A DNA stretch of 64,000 nucleotides from Batkoa obscura (Eukaryota), in contig JASVEC010000013.1 in assembly GCA_030770535.1 (NCBI GenBank), forward strand, positions 1,054,001 through 1,118,000, given 5' to 3'. Numbering within the stretch: the first letter of the stretch is position 1; each line of letters opens with the position of its first letter. The position numbers and the translations under genes were made by a program. The notes beneath the pieces were generated by a model. The model was not told the DNA's origin. It made no database searches and saw only the letters and a list, made by a program, of their open reading frames with translations. Below, in pieces: positions 41,250 to 53,140 of this stretch.

Positions 41250-41453
41250 TTAGGTTTGTATTTATATGCTGACAAGATTCATGCAGTTCAAAAATAGCAC
41301 AAAATACAACTGCAGCAACAAATATTCTTTATGTTTAAATACAAGATACCCAAGCCTGTATGGGTGTCTCAAAAAGAATATTTGTTGCTGCAGTTATGTT
41401 TTATGCTATTTTTGAACTGCATGAGTCTTATCAGAATATTAATACCTACCTAA
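41250..41453. mobile_element. ~200-bp foldback element between the ERG26 3' end and the AIG2-like start
   Basis: Arms of ~80 bp, e.g. TCATGCAGTTCAAAAATAGCACAAAATACAACTGCAGCAACAAATATTCTTT versus AAAGAATATTTGTTGCTGCAGTTATGTTTTATGCTATTTTTGAACTGCATGA. Confidence 0.8.
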
Positions 41454-41594
41454 TATTCTCATTTTCAAAAAATAAATTTAGTGTGATTTTCTAAAAGTGG
41501 TACTAGATTATTTATAGTAGCAATGTAAAAATTTAATAACAGAAATATTCAAAATAAAATGTGCTTTAATAAAACGAAGTATTAGTTTAATAGT

Positions 41595-42709
41595 TTAAGG
41601 AACAGGAGCATCTTTGGGCTTAGGAATCCCTTGTCTTTCACGTTCGTCCATAAAATAACGTGCAGATTTACGAAGCCCCTCTTCTATAGTATAGAGTGGC
41701 TCATAACCAAGGAGAGTACGAGCTTTGGTAATATCAAAATAACGATCGTTAGTAGCATTGGAAACCACAAATGGGGTTAATTTCCAAGGGATAGGTTTGA
41801 TGGGTTCCAATAAGTTGATAAAAAAGGTGACTAAGTAAGCAATGAAAAAGGAAACGTAATAAGGTAACACTCTATAAAAGGAATTTTTAGCTCCAAAGAA
41901 AGTTAAAAATTTACGTGCATTATTAAAGAATGGCATTGGGGTGCCATTAGTGATAAAAAAAGCTTCTCCTGCTATCTTATCATTTTCGTCTAGTTTATCA
42001 GATGCTAATATATGTGCGTATGCTGCATTTTCAATATAAGTAAAATCAAATAAATTGGTATTATCTCCAATGCATATCGAAGCTTGTCCTTTATCTAATT
42101 GACCTAAAAACCCTGGTAAATTTTGACGATCTCCAGGCCCAAACAATCCACTCAATCTTAAACTACATGTTTTTAAAGTCGGGGAATTAGCTTTTAATAC
42201 CATATCTTCGGCAAGGTACTATCATAACCTTATTAGTTTTAAAACAATAGAATAATTGTTCAATTTACCTTTGTATGAGAATAATCTTCAATATGGTTTT
42301 TAACCGGTGGGAAACTTTCATTCATATTTCTTATTGGTGATCCATCATATACTACAGAGCATGATGATGAAAATACTAACTTTGGAATATTCAAATCTTG
42401 GCAAACTTTGATCACATTTTTCATACCTTCAACGTTCACTTTATGTAAAATTGCTTTTGGGGCATTTGCTAAAGGGGATGCGGTTTGAAAGATAGTGGTT
42501 ACTCCTTGACAAGCTTCACTCATAGCATTATAGCTACACAAATCCCCTTTGAAAAATTTGATATCATTGGTATATTCAAGTCTTTTTTCTATATCAAATA
42601 ATCTTATTTCTATTTCAGGCCTCTCTTTTTTTCTTCCAATTAACTGATTGACTATATGTCTTCCTAAAAAGCCTTCACTTCCAATTACTAAATAAATTTC
42701 TTTTTCCAT
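41595..42709 (-). CDS. ERG26: Sterol-4-alpha-carboxylate 3-dehydrogenase (3-beta-HSD family, NSDHL-like); exons 42709-42269 and 42218-41595
   Basis: YLVIGSEGFLG Rossmann motif, TASP, VNVEG, YSHTK catalytic YxxxK, LFGPGDRQ, IGDNTNLFDFTYIENAAYAHILA, GEAFFITN, RYFDITKARTLLGYEP. Confidence 0.88.
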
Positions 42710-43449
42710 TTTATAAACTATTTTTGAATAATTCAACAAAGACTAGCTCGAAATTAAGCTGTTGTTCAGATATAGATTTTAGCCAATTAATTTAAGTGTT
42801 TTAAATATTAACTGTTGATTTGTTCTTTTAATATCGTATCATATTTTCGAACATGATTTGAGCTTTATGAACTTCAATCCTTAAACATTTTAGTGAAGAA
42901 ATGAAATAACTGAATAAAAGTTTATTTAATGTTTTAAAGCCACTTTATAATCTTTTGTTTTTGGTTATTAATCTATTACTAAAAAAGTACAGCTATTTTA
43001 AACTTAATATACAAAAAATCTCATAATATAAAGATAAAATAACTTTATAAAGCGAAAGTTTTAGTAAAGAAGTAACAAAAGCAGCAGGAAATAATATACT
43101 ATAATAAATTTTCATCGAGCGCTAATAAAAATTAAAGTTTGTTTTACTCCAAAGTTTGCCACAAATAATAGAATGCTATTATTAAATTGGATCCACTTTT
43201 AGCCATATAAACTTTAATCAAAATCAACTCTTAATTAAGAAATCCGATAAATTAAAGGCTAACAAAAAAGCAGCAATTTTGTGATAAAGTTATATATTAG
43301 CACTTTCATTGGTTCTTTGACTCATGGTACTTGGTAAAAAAGTTCATTGATTTTTTTAAACTTTTATTATTTAATTGGCTATTTAAAACAGGGACCAAAC
43401 ATTAATAAATAAATTTTAGAATTTTATATCTTTGTTAGTTTTGTAAATA

Positions 43450-45833
43450 ATGGAAACGTGTGAAAGAACTTCACCTTATAATCCGCATATCGCCCTACAC
43501 GAAAAGGTATTAAATATATAATATAATTTAGTAGATATTAATTTTGTTTTTAGTCAAAAAAAATGGAAGCTGAGAATGTTTACCTCACCCAGAAATTAAA
43601 TTATTGTAAAAGACAGTTAGAAAAAGCTGCTGTATTAATTAAAAGGTTGTCTGCTACCCCGGATCCTGAGCCGTGTAAACTGCCTCATGGGATGAGCGAA
43701 ATCCAAAAAAAAGAATATGAGGCGGCTATGAATGAATCAATTAAATACCGTATGGCATACCGACAAATTAGCAATCGGTTTGAAGTTCAAACTAAAGAGC
43801 TAAAGGATATAAGGAGCATGGTAAATCAAATTTTAAAAGGCAAAGTACCAGTCGAAACTTTGCTATTTGAAACTCCAAATGAAAAGCAGCTCAAATCAGA
43901 CGTTGAAGGATACAAAAATGATATTGAGAACTTAAAAAGGGTACATGCATTGGAGATTGATCATTACAAAAATGAGATCGCCCAGCTTAATAATGAGGTC
44001 AAAAAATTTAAACAGAAAGAAAAGAATGTTGAACCAAAAATCATTGAGCTTGAATATAGAGTCCATTTTTATACTAAGCAATTAAACAAAAATAGTAAAG
44101 ATGTTATGAAATTGAGTGAAAGAATAAAACTCCTCCTTGATGAATCACATAATAAAGATGTAATTATTAAGAGCTTTGAAAAGAAAGTGAATACCATATG
44201 TTTTGCTCTTGATGGGCTATACAAGAAAGTAATGGTTCTTGAAAAGGCACTACGGGCTTCAGAAGAGGAAAAAGTAGCATTACCAGCTACTAAATTAGTT
44301 GAAAACGTTGTTAATATGGTCGAAAACGAAATCAGATCTACTGAGGATCCAGAAATTTTGAAGAGCGTATTAGCTACTGCCGCTGATAAAATTACCTTGT
44401 TAACGGAAGAAATTGGTAGGTTGAAAGATGAAGCTGATGGAGTTGAAAAAATGAAAGATTTGGCAACCCAGCTTGGTAAAGAAGGTGATGATTTGAAAAA
44501 AGAAATGGTCGAAAGTAAAGACAAGAGAATTAATGAATTACTTGAGAAAATGGAAAGCCTGGAAATTTTGAATAAGGAGCTAGAGGCTAAAAATAGTGAA
44601 TTAGAGGCTAAATATACCGAACTCGGATTAAGGAGTAATGAAATAATGGATGTATCTTTAAATATTTCTGCGCAAGAGGATAGCAAATTCATAAAAAGCG
44701 TGGAAAAAAGTGATGCTGTTACTGATGAAAAGAGAGATTTTATTATTGAAGAAATGAAGCAGCAAATTAAAGGACTTGACGGAGATGTTATATTATTAAA
44801 CAATAAGCTAACCTTTACCGAAGCAAGGAATAAAGAACTTGAAAACAAGCTAGCAAGTACTGAATTAGCAGCAATGAGTTTAAGTGAAAAACTTGAAGAA
44901 ATAACTGCTACCTCAACAAGCAACAATACAGAATATAATCAAAAGATGGAAGAACTCGAGAAAAAGTTTATACATGCTTTGGAAGCACTCAAAGACACTG
45001 AATTTGAGTTTGAAGAACTACAAGAACATACTGAATCTCTTTCTCGAAAGTTAGAGCTTATTTCAGAGGAAGCATTTGATTATAAATGTCAAGTTTCGTG
45101 CCGAGAATTAGAACTTAGTGGTATGGAAGATAAGATAGCAGTATTGGAGAAAGAAAATGTTTCACTTAAGGAAGAGATTCAGGATTTAAAGTCAAAGCTT
45201 GATCAATCAAGCGAAAATGTTCATATGACCCTCCAAACCCAAACTGAGTCAAATAGTAAGATTGAGGTCTTACAATTAGAACTTAAGCAATCCGACCAAG
45301 AATTACTTTTAAGCAAACAAACTCAAGAAAAATTAAGAGGCGAACTTGATGAATTAAAACGTGAGGCTTCAATAGTCAATGAAGCACTAACAAAAAAAGT
45401 AAAGGAAGGACAAGTCATTGAGGCAAAATTAATCCAAACTCAGAAGCAAAATAGGAGTTACTCAGAAAAGATCAAAAGTTTACAAGTATTTAACTCTGAA
45501 TTAACAGCTGAAAAAGAAGAGTTATGTAGAAATATAATTGGTAAAAGCAATACAAACATATTGGATGAGAACCATCATTTAAAGGAAAGATGTAGTATAT
45601 GGGAAACTAAGAATAAAGAATTAAGAGAAGAAATAAGCAAATTGAATAGTAAAGCTCAAGAAGATAAGAAAAAAATTGAAGAATACCAGTGTTTAGAAGA
45701 TGAGATTGAAGAAACCGTAGTTTTCTTAGAGACAAAGAATACGAAGCTTAAAGCTGATTATGAGGAATTGGTTGAGAAGTATGAAAAATTGGAGGCAGAA
45801 AATCAGCGTTTGAATAGCCAACAGGAAGCTTAG
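43450..45833 (+). CDS. Long coiled-coil protein; exons 43450-43506 and 43554-45833, ~778 aa
   Basis: E/K/L heptad-rich ORF; short upstream exon joined in frame by a GT-AG intron at 43507-43553. Confidence 0.8.
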
Positions 45834-45982
45834 TAATTTTTTAGTATCTGGGATACCTGAAGTAATAGTTTGTAAATTATTTAACTTATTTAAAATAAAA
45901 TTTATTATTATTGCATTTTAATTTTTTTTTCTATTATATTTAATAATTTAGCAGTTGTAAAATTGTTTTATGGTTTAAATAT

Positions 45983-46077
45983 GGAGGATGTATTTTTTTG
46001 AAGAATTTTGCCATCAATTTTTCCACTCAAATAGTGCTTAAAAAGTGGAAAAAGTGATGAGACCAAAAAGCACCTCC
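45983..46077 (-). mobile_element. ~98-bp MITE copy 9
   Basis: GGAGGATGTATTT...GCACCTCC, TSD ATAT/ATAT. Confidence 0.87.
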
Positions 46078-46243
46078 ATATCTTGTTAACACAAACTAGA
46101 ATCTTATGAAGAATTTTTATAATAATCGTTTTCAAGCTTATAATTTGCAAGCTGTCGTAAAATAGCAATCAAAAAACTACATATCCTTTTTTGTTACTTT
46201 GAATATAAACAGTAAACAAAAGAATATTTGAAAAATAGTATAT

Positions 46244-46342
46244 GGGGATATATTTTTTTGTCTAACAATTTTACTAACAATTTTTCCGCTCAAATAGCGC
46301 TTAAAAGATGGAAAAAGTAATGAAGCCAAAAAAAACACTCCC
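46244..46342 (-). mobile_element. ~98-bp MITE copy 10
   Basis: GGGGATATATTT...AACACTCCC, flanks ATAT/ATTT. Confidence 0.9.
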
Positions 46343-47011
46343 ATTTGTTCATTTTCTATACAATGAAAAAGTTGAACTCTTGAACAAAAAAATGTGTTAT
46401 ATAAACCAAAGTAAGCAATGGCACAAATAGGACACAGACAACAAAGCTATTAAATTTCACCAGAGTATGGTACCGTGATATGCTGAATTTTCTTTTATAA
46501 GGACAATGGGCCTTCTTCAGCTCTTCCGGAAATACTTCAGAAATTAAAAATAACAATGAGTTAAAAATACTCTGAGTGCTTAATAAGCCTATTATGAATT
46601 CAGATAAGCTATTAAAATCTCCTAAGATGATGGATTTACAATAAGGTATTATAATAAATGATTAAATATATTAAAATGAGTAAATTTTAGCCAGAATTAT
46701 GAGGTAAGGAATAATTTTAATACAGTTGTATAGTGAGTATCAGTAAGTCCATAATGTTTTATACTATTCTGACCTACGCTTTTTAATAAGTATAAATGAT
46801 AACAAGCATTAGCCAACTCATCATTGTAAAAAATAACCAATGTGATTAAAATGCATACTATAATGTTTTATTGAGTTATATAAAGGTATCTCTATCTTGG
46901 ATTCTATCAAATTTAAAAGCAATGAGACATTATCGCTATAAGTGTCAATAAAGCTAATGTAATAAATGGACTGTCACTTTGTTGTTTTTAAATTTTATGA
47001 GAGTAAATTAT

Positions 47012-47109
47012 GAAGATGTATTTTTTTGTTTAAAAACTTTACTAACAATCTTTTCGCTCAAGTAGCGCTTAAAAATGTAAACAATAATGAAGCCAAAAAA
47101 AACACCCCC
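47012..47109 (-). mobile_element. ~98-bp MITE copy 11
   Basis: GAAGATGTATTT...AACACCCCC, TSD TTAT/TTAT. Confidence 0.9.
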
Positions 47110-47448
47110 TTATGTTGAATGAAAATACGATAGTAATACAACTGTGTATCACGTAGTTTAAAGATTAAGGGTTATGTAAATTTAACGTGTAACAATTTTA
47201 ACTAAAGCCGTTCCCAAAGAGGGCTCTTCCAATGCACTAACTACAGTCATTAACATGTTTCCTAATATTATGATAACCAATAGTTTGTATGCAAGACAGT
47301 GGTATATTTTTTAATGATAGCTAATACAATTATAAATAAAATCAAAAAAGTATGAGTAATAAAATTATAAATGTGGTAAAAAGTAGATATAGCATATGTT
47401 TTTATTTTGTTCTATTGTAAATTTTTTTGGCTTTTTATTTAGTTATTT

Positions 47449-47545
47449 GGGGATGTATTTTTTTATTTAAGAATTTTGCTAACAATTTTTCCACTCAAAT
47501 AGCGCTTAAAAATAGAAAAGTGACAAAACCAAAAAAAACACCCCA
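47449..47545 (-). mobile_element. ~98-bp MITE copy 12
   Basis: GGGGATGTATTT...AACACCCCA, flanks ATTT/ATCT. Confidence 0.88.
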
Positions 47546-48260
47546 ATCTTTAATGAAAATAATAATTTATTTTCATTAAGATCATACTATACTAAAAATT
47601 TTATACACACTTTAAATGTAAATACGTGGCACAAAACATAAATATGATAATGCTATCTATAAGTGTATTATTTAAGTAATATATTGATTATAAATTCTAA
47701 AAAGGAAGCATATAAATTAATAAATATTTGATGATAAAATAGTAACGTAATAAACACAGAGTTTTATTTAAATTAAAAGTAAAACAATTTATTAATTTAT
47801 TAATATTGTTATTACACTCATTTTTGTTAAAATAAACTTAAATGTAATTATGATATTATAGCTAAATTTATGTTAAGAATTATTTATAATCTAAGATGGG
47901 TTCGAATAAAGGCGACTTTTATCTATTATAAATGACGGTATAGAGAAACCTTAATAATGAAAATATAAAAACTAGTTTATAACTTAATAGTTTTATATTT
48001 TGTTCTAAGTATACGTGTAACTGTTGAAAGCTTTGGTACCATTAGCTCAAAAAGCAATTAGACGATTTTGTATATAAAGCTAATATTCAAAAGTAATAGG
48101 CATCGTAGCCTCTGTATTAAAAATATATATAAAACCATAAATAACTTTTAAGTTTAAAATTTAATCGTAAAAGCCTTTTAGAAGATAAAAGTAGATAGCT
48201 TACTTTGTAAATTAGTTGTAATAAAAATTTACTAGTCATATAAATAACATTGTAATGAGA

Positions 48261-49967
48261 TTATAGAGAAAGATGATAAGGATCTCGAAGTGGGAAATGA
48301 GTTAAATAGGATTCGATTTGTTCAAAAGTGAACTTGGAGTCTCTAAAGCCATACTTTGAGTTTATTGATAGTTTTAAAAATCTTATAAGTTTTGATAAGT
48401 TTTTATAAATAACATTGTTATCTTCTTTAGTTAATAAATCATTTGCTAATAGATTAATTGAAAAATAGACTAAAGGAATAAGATCCTCAGAATCTAATGT
48501 TATTTGGTAACAAATATCCTTCTTTAAGTATTTTTGTTGAATTGCCGAGTCAAGTAGCTTCCATATATTTATAGCGTTGCCATACATTTTATAGCAGTAA
48601 TCTCTGGAAGGCAATTTATGAAATTGAGGCGATAAAATTATTATAGGGTCTAATAACAATAGCTTGCATGTATTTAAAATGCTGTAAGCACAGTTGTTAA
48701 AAGAATGGTTAGAGAATATCCTTATCCCATGTTTTTTAAACTCATAAGCTTGAAATGGAGTAGCCAATTCATATATTTTATATTCTTTCGGAGTTGATTG
48801 AACTATTTTATCTATTTTATTTATTAGATCATTTCTGTAACTATTTTCTTCATAAAAAATGGTTAAATTCCCAATCTCATTTTTTGTACTGTTCTTTATT
48901 ATCTTATCTTTATAATAACCTAAAAAATTACACGTTTCCATTTCTACCCAAACTACATATGCATAGTAAGAAGATCGGGAATTGTATTCTGGGGTTGAAT
49001 TCAGTAGCTTGCTATTTGAAAATAGAGCAATATCCTCTACAATTACAATATTGTCAGTTGAATTCCTTACTACTGTTGGGGCACAAAGTACCTTTTTATT
49101 TACATGCATGAACTCTTGATTCTGGTCTAACTTTAGTTCATTTGGCTGGCACCATTTAATAAAAACATAAAATAAATCAATAATTTCCCATAATTTTTTC
49201 TTCCATTTCTCATTAACTTTATTATTCTGCTTTTCAATCTCATTTTTCATTTCAATTGCACAATCAATATATATTGAAGCCGTTGCCCTTTGGTTGCTAT
49301 AAAAATATTCTGCAACGAGTAATGTAATCGCTGTGAGATTTTCTAGGCAAGGTTGATCTATACCATTACTTAATAGTTGATCAAAATTGTTTAATTCATA
49401 GTTTAACAGCAAACTAAGTCCATTGTCTGAGAATCTTATGACCTTGTTAAATGTTTGAAACAGCATTAGCTTCAATAATGACCTATCGCTACTTTTTAAT
49501 ATATTCACCAGGCATCCTTTATCTATCCAATAGCTCTCAGGATCAATTCTAGTGTAGTATACATCTACAAAGCAATTAAACAATCGGCTCGGGTTTATTC
49601 CATTTGCCAACATTGATGTCACTTTTAGCTCACTTCCCGGATTGTCATCGATAAGTGAAAACAAACTGGATGGAAGATCATCACAGTTTATTAGATTATT
49701 GAAGATCAATATCCCACGCTCAACTTCTTCCCAAAAATCGTGATTTTCTTTTTTAGCAACTAATCTTCCCCCTTTTCTTTTTCTCATGATATTTTTTAAC
49801 TCTAGTACTTTCTTTTGCTTTTGAAATAAATGTATCATCCATTTTAAGTAGTTTGTTAGTAAGCGTTGTTTGATTTTATCAGACTGGTTGTTGATTTTAT
49901 ATAATGTACATATAAGCTCATTTTGTAGTAAATTTATTTGCTTATTCGCATTATCTTTATAAGACAT
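48261..49967 (-). CDS. Divergent, intronless fungal TF-MHR-like protein (copy H, 568 aa)
   Basis: Shares KQR..NYLKW, YYTRIDPESYWI (cf. FFLDVVDPYNLWF), PCLENLTAITLL..ASIYIDCAIEM..KKKLWEII and overall length with copies B-D. Family assignment is by eye. Confidence 0.72.
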   Translation of the reverse strand: MSYKDNANKQINLLQNELICTLYKINNQSDKIKQRLLTNYLKWMIHLFQKQKKVLELKNIMRKRKGGRLVAKKENHDFWEEVERGILIFNNLINCDDLPSSLFSLIDDNPGSELKVTSMLANGINPSRLFNCFVDVYYTRIDPESYWIDKGCLVNILKSSDRSLLKLMLFQTFNKVIRFSDNGLSLLLNYELNNFDQLLSNGIDQPCLENLTAITLLVAEYFYSNQRATASIYIDCAIEMKNEIEKQNNKVNEKWKKKLWEIIDLFYVFIKWCQPNELKLDQNQEFMHVNKKVLCAPTVVRNSTDNIVIVEDIALFSNSKLLNSTPEYNSRSSYYAYVVWVEMETCNFLGYYKDKIIKNSTKNEIGNLTIFYEENSYRNDLINKIDKIVQSTPKEYKIYELATPFQAYEFKKHGIRIFSNHSFNNCAYSILNTCKLLLLDPIIILSPQFHKLPSRDYCYKMYGNAINIWKLLDSAIQQKYLKKDICYQITLDSEDLIPLVYFSINLLANDLLTKEDNNVIYKNLSKLIRFLKLSINSKYGFRDSKFTFEQIESYLTHFPLRDPYHLSL

Positions 49968-50386
49968 ACTTATTATATTTCAATATAAAAAATAATAGTC
50001 AATTATATATTTTTAATTTATAAATAGGAGCAAAGGTTGATCAAAGAAACTAGAAAGTTTATTATGAATTAAAACCAATTAATTTGAAATTTCAAGTCCA
50101 AATTAAATGTGTTCCATTAAAATTTGTACAAGCTTATTTTAATTTATCAGCTTGATAAAAGCCAATCCATAGTAACCTTTATATAACTTTATATTAGATG
50201 ACACAGATGAATACAACCAAGCTTTGATGCTCGTGATACTATCTAATAGATTTGAAATCTAGTGCCTTAAAAGTAAGAGATTTTGCTATTAACAGTTACT
50301 ACTATTTAAAGTATTTAGAATAAAGGAGTTATATTATAAGCATGTTTAAAGTATTTTCTTGAATTATTAAATTTTATTTAGCATAT

Positions 50387-50485
50387 GGGGATAGATTTTT
50401 TTGTTTAGGAATTTTACTAACAGTCTTCCTACTCAAATAGCGCTTAAGGAATGGAAAAAGTGATGAAACCAACAAAAACACCCCT
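50387..50485 (-). mobile_element. ~98-bp MITE copy 13
   Basis: GGGGATAGATTT...AACACCCCT, TSD ATAT/ATAT. Confidence 0.88.
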
Positions 50486-50848
50486 ATATTATTCAACTGT
50501 GATTTTTGAATAATAGGTATAAAAAATTATATACTGCATTTAGATTAAGTATTATTTTTATTTAATGCTTCAATATCAACACATAATCCAATTTAAAAGT
50601 ATCCTATAAGCAATTTGATATACAAACTCAATTACCATCTCATTTATATTCTACTATTTTGTTAATCATGGCTTATTACGTATGTATACAACTTTTGTGC
50701 TTAAAAGATAATTAAAGTTTTATTTCCTAAACTGTACAATGAGTATTCTGTTCTTTAAACACCCTTTACTCGAAAACAACGAAAGCGAATAAATGTATAA
50801 AATATTTAAAACTCCAATTTGATAAAAATATTTAGTCTAAAACTAGTA

Positions 50849-52035
50849 TTAAGCTCTTTTATTCTTACCATCTCTTGAAGAATATTTGCCATAGTTTTTC
50901 TCTGGATCAAATACCTCCCAACGAGAAGCCGGAAATATATGTTTGTTTTTTTCATACCATGACTTTTCCATAACTTTACCAGCATGTGTCTAATAAAACA
51001 GTCAATACTAAATGAATCTAAATATTTTATCCTTACTTCTTGGGTTTCAATACTTGCATCAAACACTAGTCTTACATCTTCCTGCACATCAAAGTTAAAT
51101 AATGGACCACATTTACCTCGAGCTTTATTTATAATAAAATCATAGAACGTATAATGCTAAAAATTATTAACTTTAAGACATGTAATAGCAATTAATTTAC
51201 ATGTGGAATAATAATATCTTCTTTAACAAACAGCATATTATCGGTATGAACTCCTCTTAACTCATGTACCTGTAATCGACATTTTTCTAAAAACTTCGCT
51301 ATGCTATCTCCTTTTTTACACTTTATAAAAAATAAATAACTAATATATAAATAAATCATCACGACAAACCTCAACTTGATAACGGTGTCCAGAACCATCC
51401 CAATAAGAATATGTTACAGTTATCGTTTCCTCTTTTAATTCCTCTTGTCTTTGCAACCATTCGGTTTTAAACTGTTCTTTTAACCTTATTTCTTCCTCTT
51501 CTCTTTCTTTATCAGGTAAAAATGAAGTATCAACTGTTGGGTCCTTGCCAAATTTTTTAACTTTTACTGCTTCCTCTAATACAATTTTAGCTTTTGTAAC
51601 TATCATTAAATAGTAATCATTTACCTTGATTATCTCCTTCTTCCTCTTCGTCCTCAAATGAAAAAGATAAAGTATTGCCAACGTTCTTTTTCTTTTTCTT
51701 ATTTTTACTTTAAATTACTATTAGTCCATTTCCTTTTATTTTTTAAATTAAGATTACCTTGATTTTTTACTTATTAATCCCGACTTGGAATTTTTTTCTA
51801 ACTCATTTTTAATCCTTTTAAAATCTTCTAGTTTATACAATCCCACTGTGCTTCTCTTTAAATGATTTTCTATAGTTTCTACTTCTGTAACAAACTTATC
51901 AGCTCCTATCTTAACTTTATTATCTAATTCAATCTGTCTCTTTTGACTCTCAAATTCACTTAGCATATCCGCTCTTTTCTTCTCCATTATCGCTTGACGA
52001 TTACTTTCCGCTAGTCCATTTAAATGATCTGACAT
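50849..52035 (-). CDS. XAP5: XAP5/FAM50 family nuclear protein, multi-exon
   Basis: [97 protein letters not shown]. Some exon borders and the stop are approximate. Confidence 0.92.
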
Positions 52036-52879
52036 TTATTATTATTTTGTTTATGAGTTAAAAATGTGTTTTAAAAGTTTGGATAATTTGGTGAGTTACA
52101 AAAAATTGTAAATTTAATTCACTCGAAAAACACTTGCCCATTCAGTTCAACTTTTCAAAAATTGAGCTTTTATAAAGATTATCGCCCAAATTTTAATTTA
52201 TCCAGCCACTGTTTTATAATATTGGCAGCACAAAAACCCAACTTTTTATTTTTAGCTGTTCCAATTCTTTTGCAAAGTAGTTTGTGATAACTTCTACAGT
52301 TGAGTTGTTTGTTTAAACTATTTTTTAATGCCTAATCCTTATGTTTTGGGCAGAGTTTATTCATAGCTTTACTCCTAAATGTACGATTAAAAATTTCGAA
52401 AAAGAATTAGAACAATGTATCACAAAGAAGCATAATAAAAAAGATCAATAAAATCAATAAATCAATAAGATCAAAGCTGAGAATAAATTAAGAGCAATTT
52501 GTGATTTTAATTCTGTCAATACTTTTAAGAATTTTTCAATTAAAAATTCTCCATGAAGTGCAGAAATGTTCCCTTAACAAATAAAACTGAGTTTTTAGAT
52601 GAGTAGAAAATCTTTATTTTTCAACAACTTTAAATTTGGGCTTTTTATTTTAACTTTTTAGCCATTGAGTTTTTAAATTTTAAATTCTTGGCTTTAAATT
52701 AATGAAATTTTAGCCCTTTGTTAATTCTACAATTATTCTGAAGATTGTTTATGCTTACCTCCCCTCTATTCCGCTCCTTATTCTTATATTCTTTCATTTT
52801 ATCAATTTAATAAATTGGTTATGGAAAATGAACATCCGAATTAATTCTATTCATAATGTATAATTAAACTTTAATATAT

Positions 52880-52971
52880 GGGGATGTATTTTTGTGTTTA
52901 AGAATTTTACTAACAATTCCGTTCAAATAGCGCTTAAAAGATGGAAAAAGTGAAGCCAAAAAAACACTCCC
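52880..52971 (-). mobile_element. ~98-bp MITE copy 14 (small deletions)
   Basis: GGGGATGTATTT...AACACTCCC, TSD ATAT/ATAT. Confidence 0.9.
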
Positions 52972-53140
52972 ATATATATACTTGAAATATAAAATAATAC
53001 ATCTATTTAACTAAATACCATTATTACAATAAAATAAAAATAGTATTTAAAAAAATAATTTATTAAACTGCAAAAACTTAGTTATCAATTTACTCAGATT
53101 AAGGGAGAAGAAGCAAATAGTAAATTAAATAATCGACAAC

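Noticed and set aside
41210..41275. N-terminal extension of the AIG2-like ORF from a TTG start
   Set aside because: Runs into the foldback repeat; the ATG at 41209 directly precedes the LFIYGSL family motif
43318..43325. Other TGACTCA/TGAGTCA matches (also near 54835)
   Set aside because: Isolated 7-8-mers next to genes without an amino-acid-pathway link; could be chance
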